Part shown: piece after piece, positions 10,185 through 19,137 of the stretch
Numbering within the stretch: position 1 is the first letter of the stretch
Layout of the letters: each line of letters opens with the position of its first letter
Assembly: GCA_963708775.1 (NCBI GenBank)
Contig: CAVPTI010000021.1
Location: 18,251-82,250 of the forward strand
Length of the DNA: 64,000 bases
Source: an uncultured Alphaproteobacteria bacterium
GTDB taxonomy: Bacteria; Pseudomonadota; Alphaproteobacteria; Rhizobiales; Hyphomicrobiaceae
Direction of reading: 5' to 3'
Notes under the pieces: generated by a model
Seen by the model: only the letters and a program-made list of their open reading frames with translations
What the model was told of the DNA's origin: nothing
The model's database searches: none
Translations under genes and position numbers: made by a program

Positions 10185-10678
10185 ATGCGGATCAGAAAAA
10201 CCACTCACAACGCCCTACAAATACTCATTGCGGCTGCGCGCTCGGGTGACGAGCTCGTAAAAGGAGCAACCATCGCCAAAGAGCTCAATCTGACAGAGCA
10301 GAATACATCCAAGATCGTTTATCTCCTTTCGCGCGGCGGGTTCATCAAAGCCGTGCGCGGTCCGCATGGTGGGATGACGCTTGCAAGAAAGCCGGAAGAT
10401 ATACGGATTGGTGACGTGGTCTTGGCCATGGAGAACATGGCGCTTGAGGATGAGCGCCCCGATGCGGGGGGAATCTCACAGGCTTGTTCGATACCGCGCT
10501 CGACGCGTTCGTGTCGGTTCTGAACCAACACACCTTGGCAGACATGGCGCGCACCCGGAAAGGTGGCGCTCTACCGGGATTGAAGCTCATAAAGCGACCG
10601 AAGACGTCCCGCGCGCGGAGCAAAGCCTTGATCGTCGACCACCGGACGCGCAGCGGACCGATCGTCCGCAAAACCTAG
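10185..10678 (+). pseudogene. Rrf2-family transcriptional regulator, frame broken at a G6 run
   Basis: The N-terminal wHTH is MRIRKTTHNALQILIAAARSG...IAKELNLTEQNTSKIVYLLSRGGFIKAVRGPHGGMTLAR. The typical Rrf2 C-terminus (G)LFDTALDAFVSVLNQHTLADMA continues in another frame (ORF 10484-10678). The junction coincides with GGGGGG at 10466-10471. Confidence 0.7.
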
Positions 10679-10779
10679 AACTGTTCCATTTTTCGATGAT
10701 TTTCCATCCGACTATTGACAGCCGGCAGAGTTGAACTGTTCCTTGTCGATCGCGGCACCACTTTCGACCGCATACGATT

Positions 10780-11346
10780 TTGGGGCTTTGCACCCCATCA
10801 ATTGGGGGACAAATGAATTCATATTTGCGCGCTCTCCACGCGCCTCGGGGTTTGCCGAAGATGGAACACCATGTCCGGCATAGCAGAGCAGACATTTACG
10901 TCGGCACAAGTTTTCGATATTGGCTGACAGGTTTCCGAACCGGCGACCTCGTGTATTGGGAGCGCGCGTTTGCCATGTCAGCCCGGTCCTTCGGACTTCG
11001 CGCCGCTAAGGACGTATGTCGCGATTTCTCGCAGTGGGTACGGATCCTGAGTGAGCGCTCTCGGCGTGACCTCCTCGTTTCTGCGCCAACCTGCCCTACG
11101 TTTGGGCACGATGAATGCGTCGCGATGGCGCTTATCGCGGCCTACCAGAACAAGGGATGCCCAGCCCTCCAGATGTGCGCGATGACGCTTCTCGGCTGCG
11201 AACCGCGCCACGACGTGTGCACAGTGTCGGATCGCCTGGCGCAACGGCTATCGGAGTGCGACCATCATCTTTCGGATGACGCGCTCGGCCATGTCGTGCG
11301 GTACGCCGACTTTGGCCCTTGGGCGTCCGCACGCCAAGTTTGCTGA
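10780..11346 (+). CDS. Hypothetical Cys-rich cytoplasmic protein
   Basis: 188-aa ORF with no signal peptide and several conserved-looking Cys residues (APTCPTFGHDECVAMALIAAYQNKGCPALQMCAMTLLGC). I do not recognise a family. The start is uncertain (alternatives MEHH... and MSARS...). Confidence 0.4.
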   Translation: MGLCTPSIGGQMNSYLRALHAPRGLPKMEHHVRHSRADIYVGTSFRYWLTGFRTGDLVYWERAFAMSARSFGLRAAKDVCRDFSQWVRILSERSRRDLLVSAPTCPTFGHDECVAMALIAAYQNKGCPALQMCAMTLLGCEPRHDVCTVSDRLAQRLSECDHHLSDDALGHVVRYADFGPWASARQVC

Positions 11347-11554
11347 CGCTCGTCGCATCAATTTCGGTGAGCAGTGGCCGATGAGGTCATGTTCACGCTC
11401 CGAACATGAGTGTGGCCGCTTATGGTGGCGTCGGAGATCCGGCCACCGCTCGCGTTTCGCCGTGCGCATGCCCAACGTTTCCTCGAGGGCTTAGGGGCTT
11501 CGGTAACTCAGCGCATGTCGTGCTGCCAACAAGCCAAACGGAGCCAGCACACGC

Positions 11555-12601
11555 ATGAGCCTCAGGATACTCGGGTGGGAGGGTTACGACGATCCCGGTT
11601 TAATCGCCCTGTTCAGGGAGAGAACCGGCATCGCGGTGGAGCTCGATGCGCACATCAGCGACTTCGACGCTGCAGAGCGCGTGCTGACCGGCGTGGGTGC
11701 GTGGGATCTCGTCAATATCAACAGTCCGTTTGTGCGGGATGTTCTCTTGTCCACGGGACACATTGAAGAACTCCGGAGCATGCGGTTGCGTGCGGCTGCT
11801 GCGGCACCGATGTCCCCTGTGTTTCAAGAGCTCAACCGCTGGGGAGCTGCGTCCGATGGCGCCCCGATTGGAGTTTGCCAGAGATTTGGCCCGTTTAATC
11901 TCGTCATCAACACCAAAGCGGTTTCGGTGGAAGTTGGAGAAGACCAGGGCTTTGCGCTCGCCCGGGAGCCTCGCTTTGCCGGTCGATACGGCATCTTGGA
12001 TTATGAAGATTTCAATGTGATCCACATCGCAATAGCCGCGGGTTTGGATCCGTTTGTTCGAATGAGCGACCAGCAGGTTCAGGCCTTTAGTCTCACAGCA
12101 GAGGCGTGGTATTCGCGAGCAGCGATGGTGACGAGCGATCATCACGCGCTCAACCGGGCGCTGGTTTGTCGTGATATCGATTTCCACCTGGGTGGGGGCG
12201 TTTATACGTGCTCATCCGCGCGGTTTTCAGGTTACACGCAACTGCGGTCCGTCACGCCGCGGCGTGGTTCAGGCGCGGGACTCGGAGGCATTTCGTTCGT
12301 TGAAGTCAACGCGTTGTTGGCCCGTTCGCAGAAGATGGCTGAGGCAACGTCCTTCCTGGAGTATCTCGTGCAGCCCGAAACGGCTTTGCGTGCGTGTCTG
12401 GCGGGCGGTTCCGTCAATCCGGTTCTGCAGATGATGGAGCCGTCTGTCTTTGCGCAATTCACGGTAGCGCATCTCGATGCTATGCAGTGGGAGACACTGG
12501 AGGAGGATCTCAGCCGTTGCGGACAGTATCGAGTCGTTCCCGACTACCTACGACTGCGGACCGTACTAAGAGCCGCTCGATCCGCAAAGGCCTCAGCCTA
12601 G
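11555..12601 (+). CDS. PotD-like solute-binding-fold protein without signal peptide
   Basis: 348-aa ORF beginning MSLRILGWEGYDDPGLIALFRERTGIAVELD...AWDLVNINSPFV, the N-terminal pattern of spermidine/putrescine-type SBPs. There is no hydrophobic leader and no transporter genes nearby. Confidence 0.55.
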   Translation: MSLRILGWEGYDDPGLIALFRERTGIAVELDAHISDFDAAERVLTGVGAWDLVNINSPFVRDVLLSTGHIEELRSMRLRAAAAAPMSPVFQELNRWGAASDGAPIGVCQRFGPFNLVINTKAVSVEVGEDQGFALAREPRFAGRYGILDYEDFNVIHIAIAAGLDPFVRMSDQQVQAFSLTAEAWYSRAAMVTSDHHALNRALVCRDIDFHLGGGVYTCSSARFSGYTQLRSVTPRRGSGAGLGGISFVEVNALLARSQKMAEATSFLEYLVQPETALRACLAGGSVNPVLQMMEPSVFAQFTVAHLDAMQWETLEEDLSRCGQYRVVPDYLRLRTVLRAARSAKASA

Positions 12602-12729
12602 ACGAGTTGTCGGTTGCGAAAAGGCTTTGCCCCAGAGAGCGGCTGATGTCACGGCAGATTACTTAGGGTTCAGAGAGCAAATGCGCATGCTCGCAGGATG
12701 AGAAAAAGTTGTAAAACCTACGCGTCCGG

Positions 12730-13701
12730 CTATGCCGTCAATTCATGGATGCTGAACTGGGCGCCGCGATCCGTCCAGACGCGCCCAGTGACCCATCCCG
12801 CCTCGCGGGCGAGGTTTTGGAACTCTACGATCGTGTACTTGTAGGAATTCTCCGTATGGATGCTTTCGCCGGCACAAAAACTAAACCGGCGACCGCAAAT
12901 GGTGATTGTCTGCTCAATTAAGCTGACCAGATGCATCTCAATTCTCCCCAGTCGCGGATCGTAGATCGCCTCATGCCGGAATGTAGAAATGTCGATCGCG
13001 CTGCCAAGATCGCGATTTATCCTGGCGAGTAGATTGAGATTGAACGCAGCCGTAATGCCCGCTCGGTCATTGTACGCTTGCACCAGTGTTTGAGCATCCT
13101 TCTTCAGGTCCACGCCAACGACCAACCGACCGTTCACACTTAGAATGTCGCGAAATGACTTCAGCAGCGACACTGCCTCCTCAGCCGTCCAGTTTCCGAT
13201 TGTCGATCCGGGGAAAAACCCAACGCGCGGCCGCTGATGAAGGGTTGCTGGCAGTTCGATCGAGTCTGCAAAGCTGCTGGTGATCGGATGAACGTTAAGC
13301 TTCGGGAACCGGCCCACCAACCGCTTCTTCGCTGCCATCAACGCGGACGACGAAACATCAATGGGGACGTAGGCCACTGTCGGCGCCAAATACTGCAACA
13401 GAAGTTCCGTCTTGGTGCTTGAACCGGATCCGAATTCAACAAGAACGGCGTCATCTGGAATGGATGCAGTGATCTCGGCAGCATGCTCGCGTAAGATGCC
13501 AACTTCGGTCCGGGTCGGATAGTATTCAGGAAGAACCGTTATCTCTTCGAACAAAGCGCTGCCGCGAGCGTCATACAGAAATTGGCAGGGCAACGTTTTG
13601 CGTGGCTTTGACAATCCTTCGATCACCGCGGTCGCAAATACCTGCTGCGCGGGGGTTTCGACTTGCTCGGGTGTGCGGAACAGACGAGCTGGATTTTTCA
13701 C
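12730..13701 (-). CDS. egtD: L-histidine N-alpha-methyltransferase (ergothioneine biosynthesis)
   Basis: LPCQFLYDARGSALFEEITVLPEYYPTRTE...VEFGSGSSTKTELLL...SYKYT is the EgtD signature. The GTG at 13701 overlaps the egtB stop as GTGA, which points to translational coupling. The upstream part of the 395-aa ORF lies inside egtB. Confidence 0.9.
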   Translation of the reverse strand: MKNPARLFRTPEQVETPAQQVFATAVIEGLSKPRKTLPCQFLYDARGSALFEEITVLPEYYPTRTEVGILREHAAEITASIPDDAVLVEFGSGSSTKTELLLQYLAPTVAYVPIDVSSSALMAAKKRLVGRFPKLNVHPITSSFADSIELPATLHQRPRVGFFPGSTIGNWTAEEAVSLLKSFRDILSVNGRLVVGVDLKKDAQTLVQAYNDRAGITAAFNLNLLARINRDLGSAIDISTFRHEAIYDPRLGRIEMHLVSLIEQTITICGRRFSFCAGESIHTENSYKYTIVEFQNLAREAGWVTGRVWTDRGAQFSIHELTA

Positions 13702-15017
13702 GACGACGCCGCCGCGGCGAGGCGCAGGCCGGAGAACTGCCAACGCTGGTGGGGATAGAAAAAATTCCGGTAGGTTGCGCGCGAATGCCCCTCCGGCGTC
13801 GCGCACGACGCCCCACGCAGTACCTGCTGGCTGATCATGAACTTGCCGTTGTATTCGCCGATCGCGCCGGCTGGTGCTCGGTAATTCGGATAAGGCTGAT
13901 ACGCGCTTTGGGTCCATTCCCAGACGTCGCCGAACATCTGCCGCGGCCGGCTGTTATCCCCGGCCTTTGGAGCCGGAAGGGGGCGAAGAGCGCGCGTCGC
14001 AAGTGTATTGCCCGTGGCCGGCAAATCTGCGGCTGCAATTTCCCACTCAAACTCCGTTGGCAGCCTCTTTCCCGCCCATCGCGAAAACGCATCAGCTTCA
14101 AAGTAGGAGACGTGACAGACAGGAGCCGCCGCCGCGACGGGTGCCAGCCCTTCGAGTGACATCTGGTGCCAACCGGAGCTGTGTTCTTCCCAATAAAGCG
14201 GACTTCGCCACTGTTCACGATTGACGAGTGTCCAGCCATCGGCAAGCCAGAGGGATGGCGTGCGGTAGCCGCCATCGGACATGAAGTCTAACCACTCGCC
14301 ATTCGTGACCAGCCTGTCCGCAAGGCAGAATGGGCTGATCAGGGCATCATGCCGTGGCCGCTCGTTATCCCACGAAAAGCCGTATCCAGAGTGGCCGACC
14401 TTTTGAATGCCACCGCTGTATTCAACCCACCGCACCGGTTCGATCGCTGCTGGCGAACACGGCGCAGACGCTGCCCGGTACGCGGGACGCAAGGGACTGC
14501 AGGCAAAGAGAGACAGAATATCGGTCAGAAGCAACTCTTGATGCTGCTGTTCGTGATTGATCCCGATTTCAATGACCTCGGCTAATTCCTGATGGATGAC
14601 CGGCTGCGCAAGTAAAGCTGCCAGGGCTTCATCGACATGTGCTCTGTACGAAAGAACACGCTCGACTGACGGCCGCGTGAGCAATCCGCGATGCCCGCGA
14701 GCTTGTCGTGGCCCGACCGCTTCATAATATGAGTTGAAGCAGAAGTTAAACGCTTCATCGAATGGCTGGTACCCCTCCACGAATTTCGCCAGAACAAAGG
14801 TCTCGAAGAACCACGTGACGTGGGCGAGATGCCATTTGGTTGGGCTGGCGTCGTCCATCGGCTGGACGGTCATGTCCTCGGCGCTCAGTGGCCGAGCGAG
14901 TTCCAGCGACAGCTGCCGAGTCTCGAACAGGCGCTCTGCCATGCGGCCAACTGACCTCTCTTGCGCGATGAGGCCTGATGACCTGTGCTTCGTATCGATG
15001 CGATCGACCCCTGGCAT
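13698..15017 (-). CDS. egtB: Hercynine oxygenase/sulfoxide synthase EgtB (DinB-like plus FGE-sulfatase domains)
   Basis: 439-aa ORF with HLAHVTWFFETFVL (DinB-like metal site), INHEQQHQELL, and the C-terminal GDVWEWTQSAYQPYP...RGASCATP...YRNFFYPHQRWQFSGLRLA. The alternative start MAERLF sits at 14942. Confidence 0.9.
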   Translation of the reverse strand: MPGVDRIDTKHRSSGLIAQERSVGRMAERLFETRQLSLELARPLSAEDMTVQPMDDASPTKWHLAHVTWFFETFVLAKFVEGYQPFDEAFNFCFNSYYEAVGPRQARGHRGLLTRPSVERVLSYRAHVDEALAALLAQPVIHQELAEVIEIGINHEQQHQELLLTDILSLFACSPLRPAYRAASAPCSPAAIEPVRWVEYSGGIQKVGHSGYGFSWDNERPRHDALISPFCLADRLVTNGEWLDFMSDGGYRTPSLWLADGWTLVNREQWRSPLYWEEHSSGWHQMSLEGLAPVAAAAPVCHVSYFEADAFSRWAGKRLPTEFEWEIAAADLPATGNTLATRALRPLPAPKAGDNSRPRQMFGDVWEWTQSAYQPYPNYRAPAGAIGEYNGKFMISQQVLRGASCATPEGHSRATYRNFFYPHQRWQFSGLRLAAAASS

Positions 15018-15281
15018 CCCACGCTTTCCAAAATACTGAACAATCAGTCGCTCAACGACACAGGCAACGCTTTGGTTTCCTCAGGCTGTCAATCAGCCCT
15101 AACGCTATCCGTCCGGCGGTGACGATCCGGTCATAAGACGTGCGCATGTTGTCCGGGAGACCTTGGCATCGCCTTGTTTGAAATTGCACCTTCAGCGCGT
15201 GTGAAGAAGTTTTCGAACGTCCCGCGGCGTGCTCCCGAGGCTACCATCGGCAAGCGGGGCCTTAACGGCGAAGGTCACACT

Positions 15282-15533
15282 TCAATCGGGCTTATGAGCT
15301 CTCTCTTCGTCCAGCTGTACGACTTTACTTTCAGGGCCATTTACTTCTGAAAAGTGGCTGACCTTATTCGCGTCGCAGACGTAGATCCACTTATGGTCGA
15401 ATAGCTCTCCGTCTCGAACATAGCCCAGCATGGGGCCTTTTTGTTTCCGCCAGAAAAGCACGGGCGCGCCGGAAGTGCCGAGCTTTTCCCAGTTCGGTTC
15501 GATAAACTCGTCAATCGATTTCCAGTGAATCAT
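15282..15533 (-). CDS. Small hypothetical protein, DUF551-like (phage-associated type)
   Basis: 83-aa ORF in a visibly AT-richer stretch. The pattern W..I.E..P......VLFW...G...GY........W........VSHFSE..GP resembles the phage DUF551 layout. This is a weak call from recollection only. Confidence 0.4.
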   Translation of the reverse strand: MIHWKSIDEFIEPNWEKLGTSGAPVLFWRKQKGPMLGYVRDGELFDHKWIYVCDANKVSHFSEVNGPESKVVQLDEERAHKPD

Positions 15534-15595
15534 ACCCCTGCGCCCCTTGTGCCTTATCGTGACTGTTTAGCAATATGGCTATGCTGTGGTTGGAC

Positions 15596-15913
15596 TTATA
15601 GCAGAATGGTACTTCCGTCGGGTCTCTTCACGTAGACAGCTGTTGGCCCCAAGAGGCGTTTGCCGATGGCAGCGATCTCCTGAATGCTTTCATAACTGCC
15701 CGATACCATCAGGATGGCGACCTCTTCCTTGACGATCTTATTGGCTGGATCCATCCAGCCACCCTTGCCGCGATGAATGGTGAACCCGCCGCAGCTGTTG
15801 AGTGATGCGTCTTCGAGAGCTGCAATCGCAATCGCGATATCGACGTCGGTGTTCGGCGTGCCATCCGCTTTGGGGCCCAAGCCGAAGACGAGCGTGTACT
15901 CGGTGTTGCTCAT
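15596..15913 (-). CDS. Small hypothetical protein
   Basis: Starting from MSNTEYTLVFGL it is ~105 aa, co-oriented with 15282-15533 in the same AT-richer stretch. The segment GGFTIHRGKGGWMDP...EEVAILMV is vaguely DUF3574-like. No firm assignment. Confidence 0.4.
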   Translation of the reverse strand: MSNTEYTLVFGLGPKADGTPNTDVDIAIAIAALEDASLNSCGGFTIHRGKGGWMDPANKIVKEEVAILMVSGSYESIQEIAAIGKRLLGPTAVYVKRPDGSTILL

Positions 15914-16206
15914 GGCAGCTGCTCCCACCGTGGCTGAAACTGGATCACCTGCCGGCGGCCTTTCACGGGATCATTGAACTGGATGTTGGTTCTAATTAGC
16001 CAGTAAACTTCTAACGCCACGCCAGCGCAACGACACGGTGACAGCTTTGCGCTTGCGTCGGGCTCTGCCATTCAACTCCCCTCTCGTGCCATCGCGCTAT
16101 GCCAGCCGAGTGACCCGGCCCACTCTGTCGATGGGCTAAGCAGCTTGTCGTTGTGCCGCGGGAACTTAAGTCGCCGCCAGCCGTCCACTTATTCTGGAGG
16201 CAATAC

Positions 16207-17220
16207 ATGCAAATTCATAGATCTCGACACGCGTCTTCGCCGCTCTACAACGGCTGGATCCAAGCAGCGGCACTGGGAGCCGCGGGTCTGGCAGCTTCCG
16301 CTGTACTAGTCCGATTCCTTACTAACAAGGCTGAAAGCGAACATCGCCAGTTGGGCGAACTCATCGACATTGACAACACTCGCATCCATTATGTGGATCG
16401 TGGCAGCGGTCCGGTTGTCATCGTCTTGCACGGCAATGGAGCGATGCTCGAAGAAATGGACTCGAGCGGGGTGCTGGAACACCTTGCGAAGTCGCATCGA
16501 GTCATCGCGCTCGACAGGCCGGGTTTTGGTCTGTCCTCAAGGCCAGAGGGACATTGGACCCCAGAACGTGAATTGAAGCTGCTGTTCGCCTTTATGCGAA
16601 AGCTGGGGCTAGACCGACCAGTTATCGTCGCCCACTCTTGGGCTACGTTGGTCGCGGTGAATTTGGCGCTCGATGAGCCGGACGCGATCTCAGGCTTGGT
16701 ATTAATCGGCGGATATTTCTACCCGACGACGCGTACGGACGTGGCGATTTAGAGCTTCGTTGCCACCCCTATCGTGGGCGACGTTTTCCGACACACGCTT
16801 ATGTCGTTCATTTCGCGCGCGGTCGCTCCGATGGCGTTCGACAAGATGTTTGCGCCGCTGACACCACCGCAAGCGTTTTTAGAAGCTTATTCTGTAGCGA
16901 TGGCCACCAGACCTAGCCAACTTGGTTCGGTGGCCTTTGACACGGTAGAGATGCCAATTGCTGCCGGCCGGCTTGCTTCGCGGTACACGGAGTTGCTCAT
17001 CCCGATCGCTCTTATCGCTGGCGCCGGTGACCAGATCTCGACACTCGCCCATCAAAGCAGACGACTTAATAGCGAGTTGCCTAACAGCACGATCGATGAG
17101 GTTCCAGATGCGGGACATATGCTCCATCACGCCTATCCTGACCTGGTCGAACGACGGGTCGCACAGGTGTTCGAGCGCACGGTCCGACCGATTGACGCCA
17201 GCTTGGAGCCAGCCTCTTAA
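16207..17220 (+). pseudogene. Alpha/beta-hydrolase interrupted by an in-frame TAG
   Basis: GGAGG lies 6 nt before ATG 16207. The first half contains HGNGAMLEEM...DRPGFGLS...VIVAHSWATLVAV (nucleophile elbow). ORFs 16153-16752 and 16774-17220 share one frame and are separated only by TAG at 16750-16752. The second half carries IAGAGDQIS...DAGHMLHH, which supplies the acid and His of the triad. Confidence 0.8.
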
Positions 17221-17251
17221 CTTGACGCGGCTGCCGGACTTAACAGGAAAA

Positions 17252-17283
17252 CCCCCGATAGAGAAATCTATCGGGGGTTGCTT
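17252..17283 (+). terminator. Rho-independent terminator candidate after the hydrolase gene
   Basis: Perfect 10-bp stem CCCCGATAG.../...CTATCGGGGG (17252-17261 and 17268-17277) with loop AGAAAT, followed by TTGCTT. Confidence 0.55.
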
Positions 17284-17436
17284 ATGTAGCGGGTCAGCCA
17301 AACTCGGCAGCCCTACTACTGATCCGCAGAGCTGCCGAATTTCTCGATATTGGGCAAATGGGCGATCGTTGATCCTGGGGATCGAGCGACGCAGACATTC
17401 TGTACCCCGCAGACTTTATCTTTTCAGCAGCACCAT

Positions 17437-17474
17437 CTTCCAGAAGCTTCTCCGTCTTCCAGAAGCTTCTCCGT
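17437..17474. repeat. Perfect 19-bp tandem duplication (CTTCCAGAAGCTTCTCCGT x2)
   Basis: Units 17437-17455 and 17456-17474 are identical. Each contains the 10-bp palindrome AGAAGCTTCT. The repeat is intergenic, ~225 bp upstream of the HWE kinase start. Confidence 0.9.
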
Positions 17475-17698
17475 CTAGTCACCTGCCAGCAAAGTTGCCG
17501 TATATCCTTCCTCCGAGGCATGTAGTTTAGACGGCCGACCTGCTAAACCAGGACGCTGGTTCTGCACCTAGCAGATAAGGTTCCGCTTCAGCATGGCAAT
17601 CGGTCGTTCAGCAGGCGTGACTGCTTAAACGTCGGGACGTCACGTTAGCTGCGCTGCCTGGGACGGAAATCCCCGCGGATCAGCTTAAGGAAGCTTAA

Positions 17699-18712
17699 AT
17701 GAACCTCACTGCTCAGAATTTGGTGCTCCCATTGTGGGAACCTAAGAACTTGGTTCGCGCAATCGAGGCCGCCGGGGTGACACTTTGGTCATGGAACGTC
17801 GACACCGACGCGCTGGCCATGGACGACCGAGCTTATGACCTGTGGGGCGTGCCGCGCGGTGACGGGATTAAATTTGAAGATCTTTCTGCGCACATTCATC
17901 CTGCTGACCGCGATCGAGTGAAAGCGGCGTTCACGGCCACGCGTGCCATCATAGGCCCCTATGAAATCGACTTCCGGGTGATGATCGGAGACGAACTGCG
18001 GTGGATTTCCGCCCGTGGTAAAGGCGACGACGAAGGGATGGTCCACCGGATCAAATTCGGCATTTTCATCGATGTTACGGGGCGAAAGCAGGCAGAAGAA
18101 GGCCGCGAACTGCTGGCAGGCGAAATGAGCCATCGGGTCAAAAACCTGCTCGCTATTGCCTCTGGGCTCACCAGCATTTCATCTCGGTCGACATCAACGC
18201 CGACCGATATGGCAAGAGAACTGACGCTGAGACTGAGTGCTTTGGGTCGGGCACACGATCTCGTTCGGCCGGTGCCCGGGCAAACTGAAGCTGCCTCGGC
18301 GGCACTCCTTGGCGACCTCCTCACAGTACTCCTTGCTCCCTACGATGACATGGGGGCGTTTAGTGGACGAATACGCGTGTCGGTACCGCGGATGAGCGTT
18401 GGAAACGCCTCCACAACGATCCTTGCTCTCGTCATGCATGAGCTAGCGACGAACTCTCTGAAACACGGAGCCCTGTCGGTGGAGACAGGTACACTCGATG
18501 TTTCGTGCTCTGCGCAAGACGCCGTGGTCAAGATCGTCTGGACTGAGTGTGGAGGGCCGCCGGTGAAGCTGCCAGTGAGTTCAGGCGGCTATGGCAGTAA
18601 ACTTGTGGAGCGCAGCGTAACAGGACATTTGCGCGGGACCATCGACTATGAGTGGGCCGAACAAGGTGTCATTGTCACCCTGACCATCAACCCGGAACGC
18701 CTCGCTCAGTAA
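17699..18712 (+). CDS. PAS-domain sensor histidine kinase, HWE/HisKA_2 family
   Basis: 337-aa ORF. The N-terminal PAS-like region (LWSWNVDTDALAMDD...ELRWISARGK) is followed by an H-box EMSHRVKNLLAIASGL and an HWE-type ATPase region (HELATNSLKHGAL...GGYGSKLVERSV). Confidence 0.85.
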   Translation: MNLTAQNLVLPLWEPKNLVRAIEAAGVTLWSWNVDTDALAMDDRAYDLWGVPRGDGIKFEDLSAHIHPADRDRVKAAFTATRAIIGPYEIDFRVMIGDELRWISARGKGDDEGMVHRIKFGIFIDVTGRKQAEEGRELLAGEMSHRVKNLLAIASGLTSISSRSTSTPTDMARELTLRLSALGRAHDLVRPVPGQTEAASAALLGDLLTVLLAPYDDMGAFSGRIRVSVPRMSVGNASTTILALVMHELATNSLKHGALSVETGTLDVSCSAQDAVVKIVWTECGGPPVKLPVSSGGYGSKLVERSVTGHLRGTIDYEWAEQGVIVTLTINPERLAQ

Positions 18713-19066
18713 TTAGAACAGCTAAATCAAGGTCGCCGCGATGTCTGCGGTTGGCCCATCACGCGATCGTTTTGAAATACCATGCGTCGTGGATTGCGCG
18801 GCCCAATACCACCGAGCGAACTGATGTATCCGTCTCGAGAAATGGCAAGCGGACTAACTTCGGTCCTGATGACATGCATCCAGCTTTATATGTACGGCGC
18901 ACCCAGTACTCTCCGGCACGAGCTAGGCATTGACGGTACCTTGCTTGAGCCAGAGCTGCGGTGCGCCGAGATTCGAAATTGGGCGCAACCGGTTGCTGCT
19001 GGATAGTTTCTCTCCATTTATAGGTTGTTTCAAACGAGTTTGAGAAGACGCGACTTAGCGTTTCAC

Positions 19067-19108
19067 AAAAGAGGCCGCACCCTCGGAATGGTGCGGCCTC
19101 TTTCTTTC
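19067..19108. terminator. Bidirectional rho-independent terminator
   Basis: An 11-bp perfect stem GAGGCCGCACC/GGTGCGGCCTC (19071-19081 and 19090-19100) is flanked by AAAA on the 5' side and TTTCTTTC on the 3' side. It lies 30 bp downstream of the arylsulfatase stop on the minus strand. Confidence 0.7.
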
Positions 19109-19137
19109 GTCGACGAAGTCGGCCAGCGACTGGCGCG

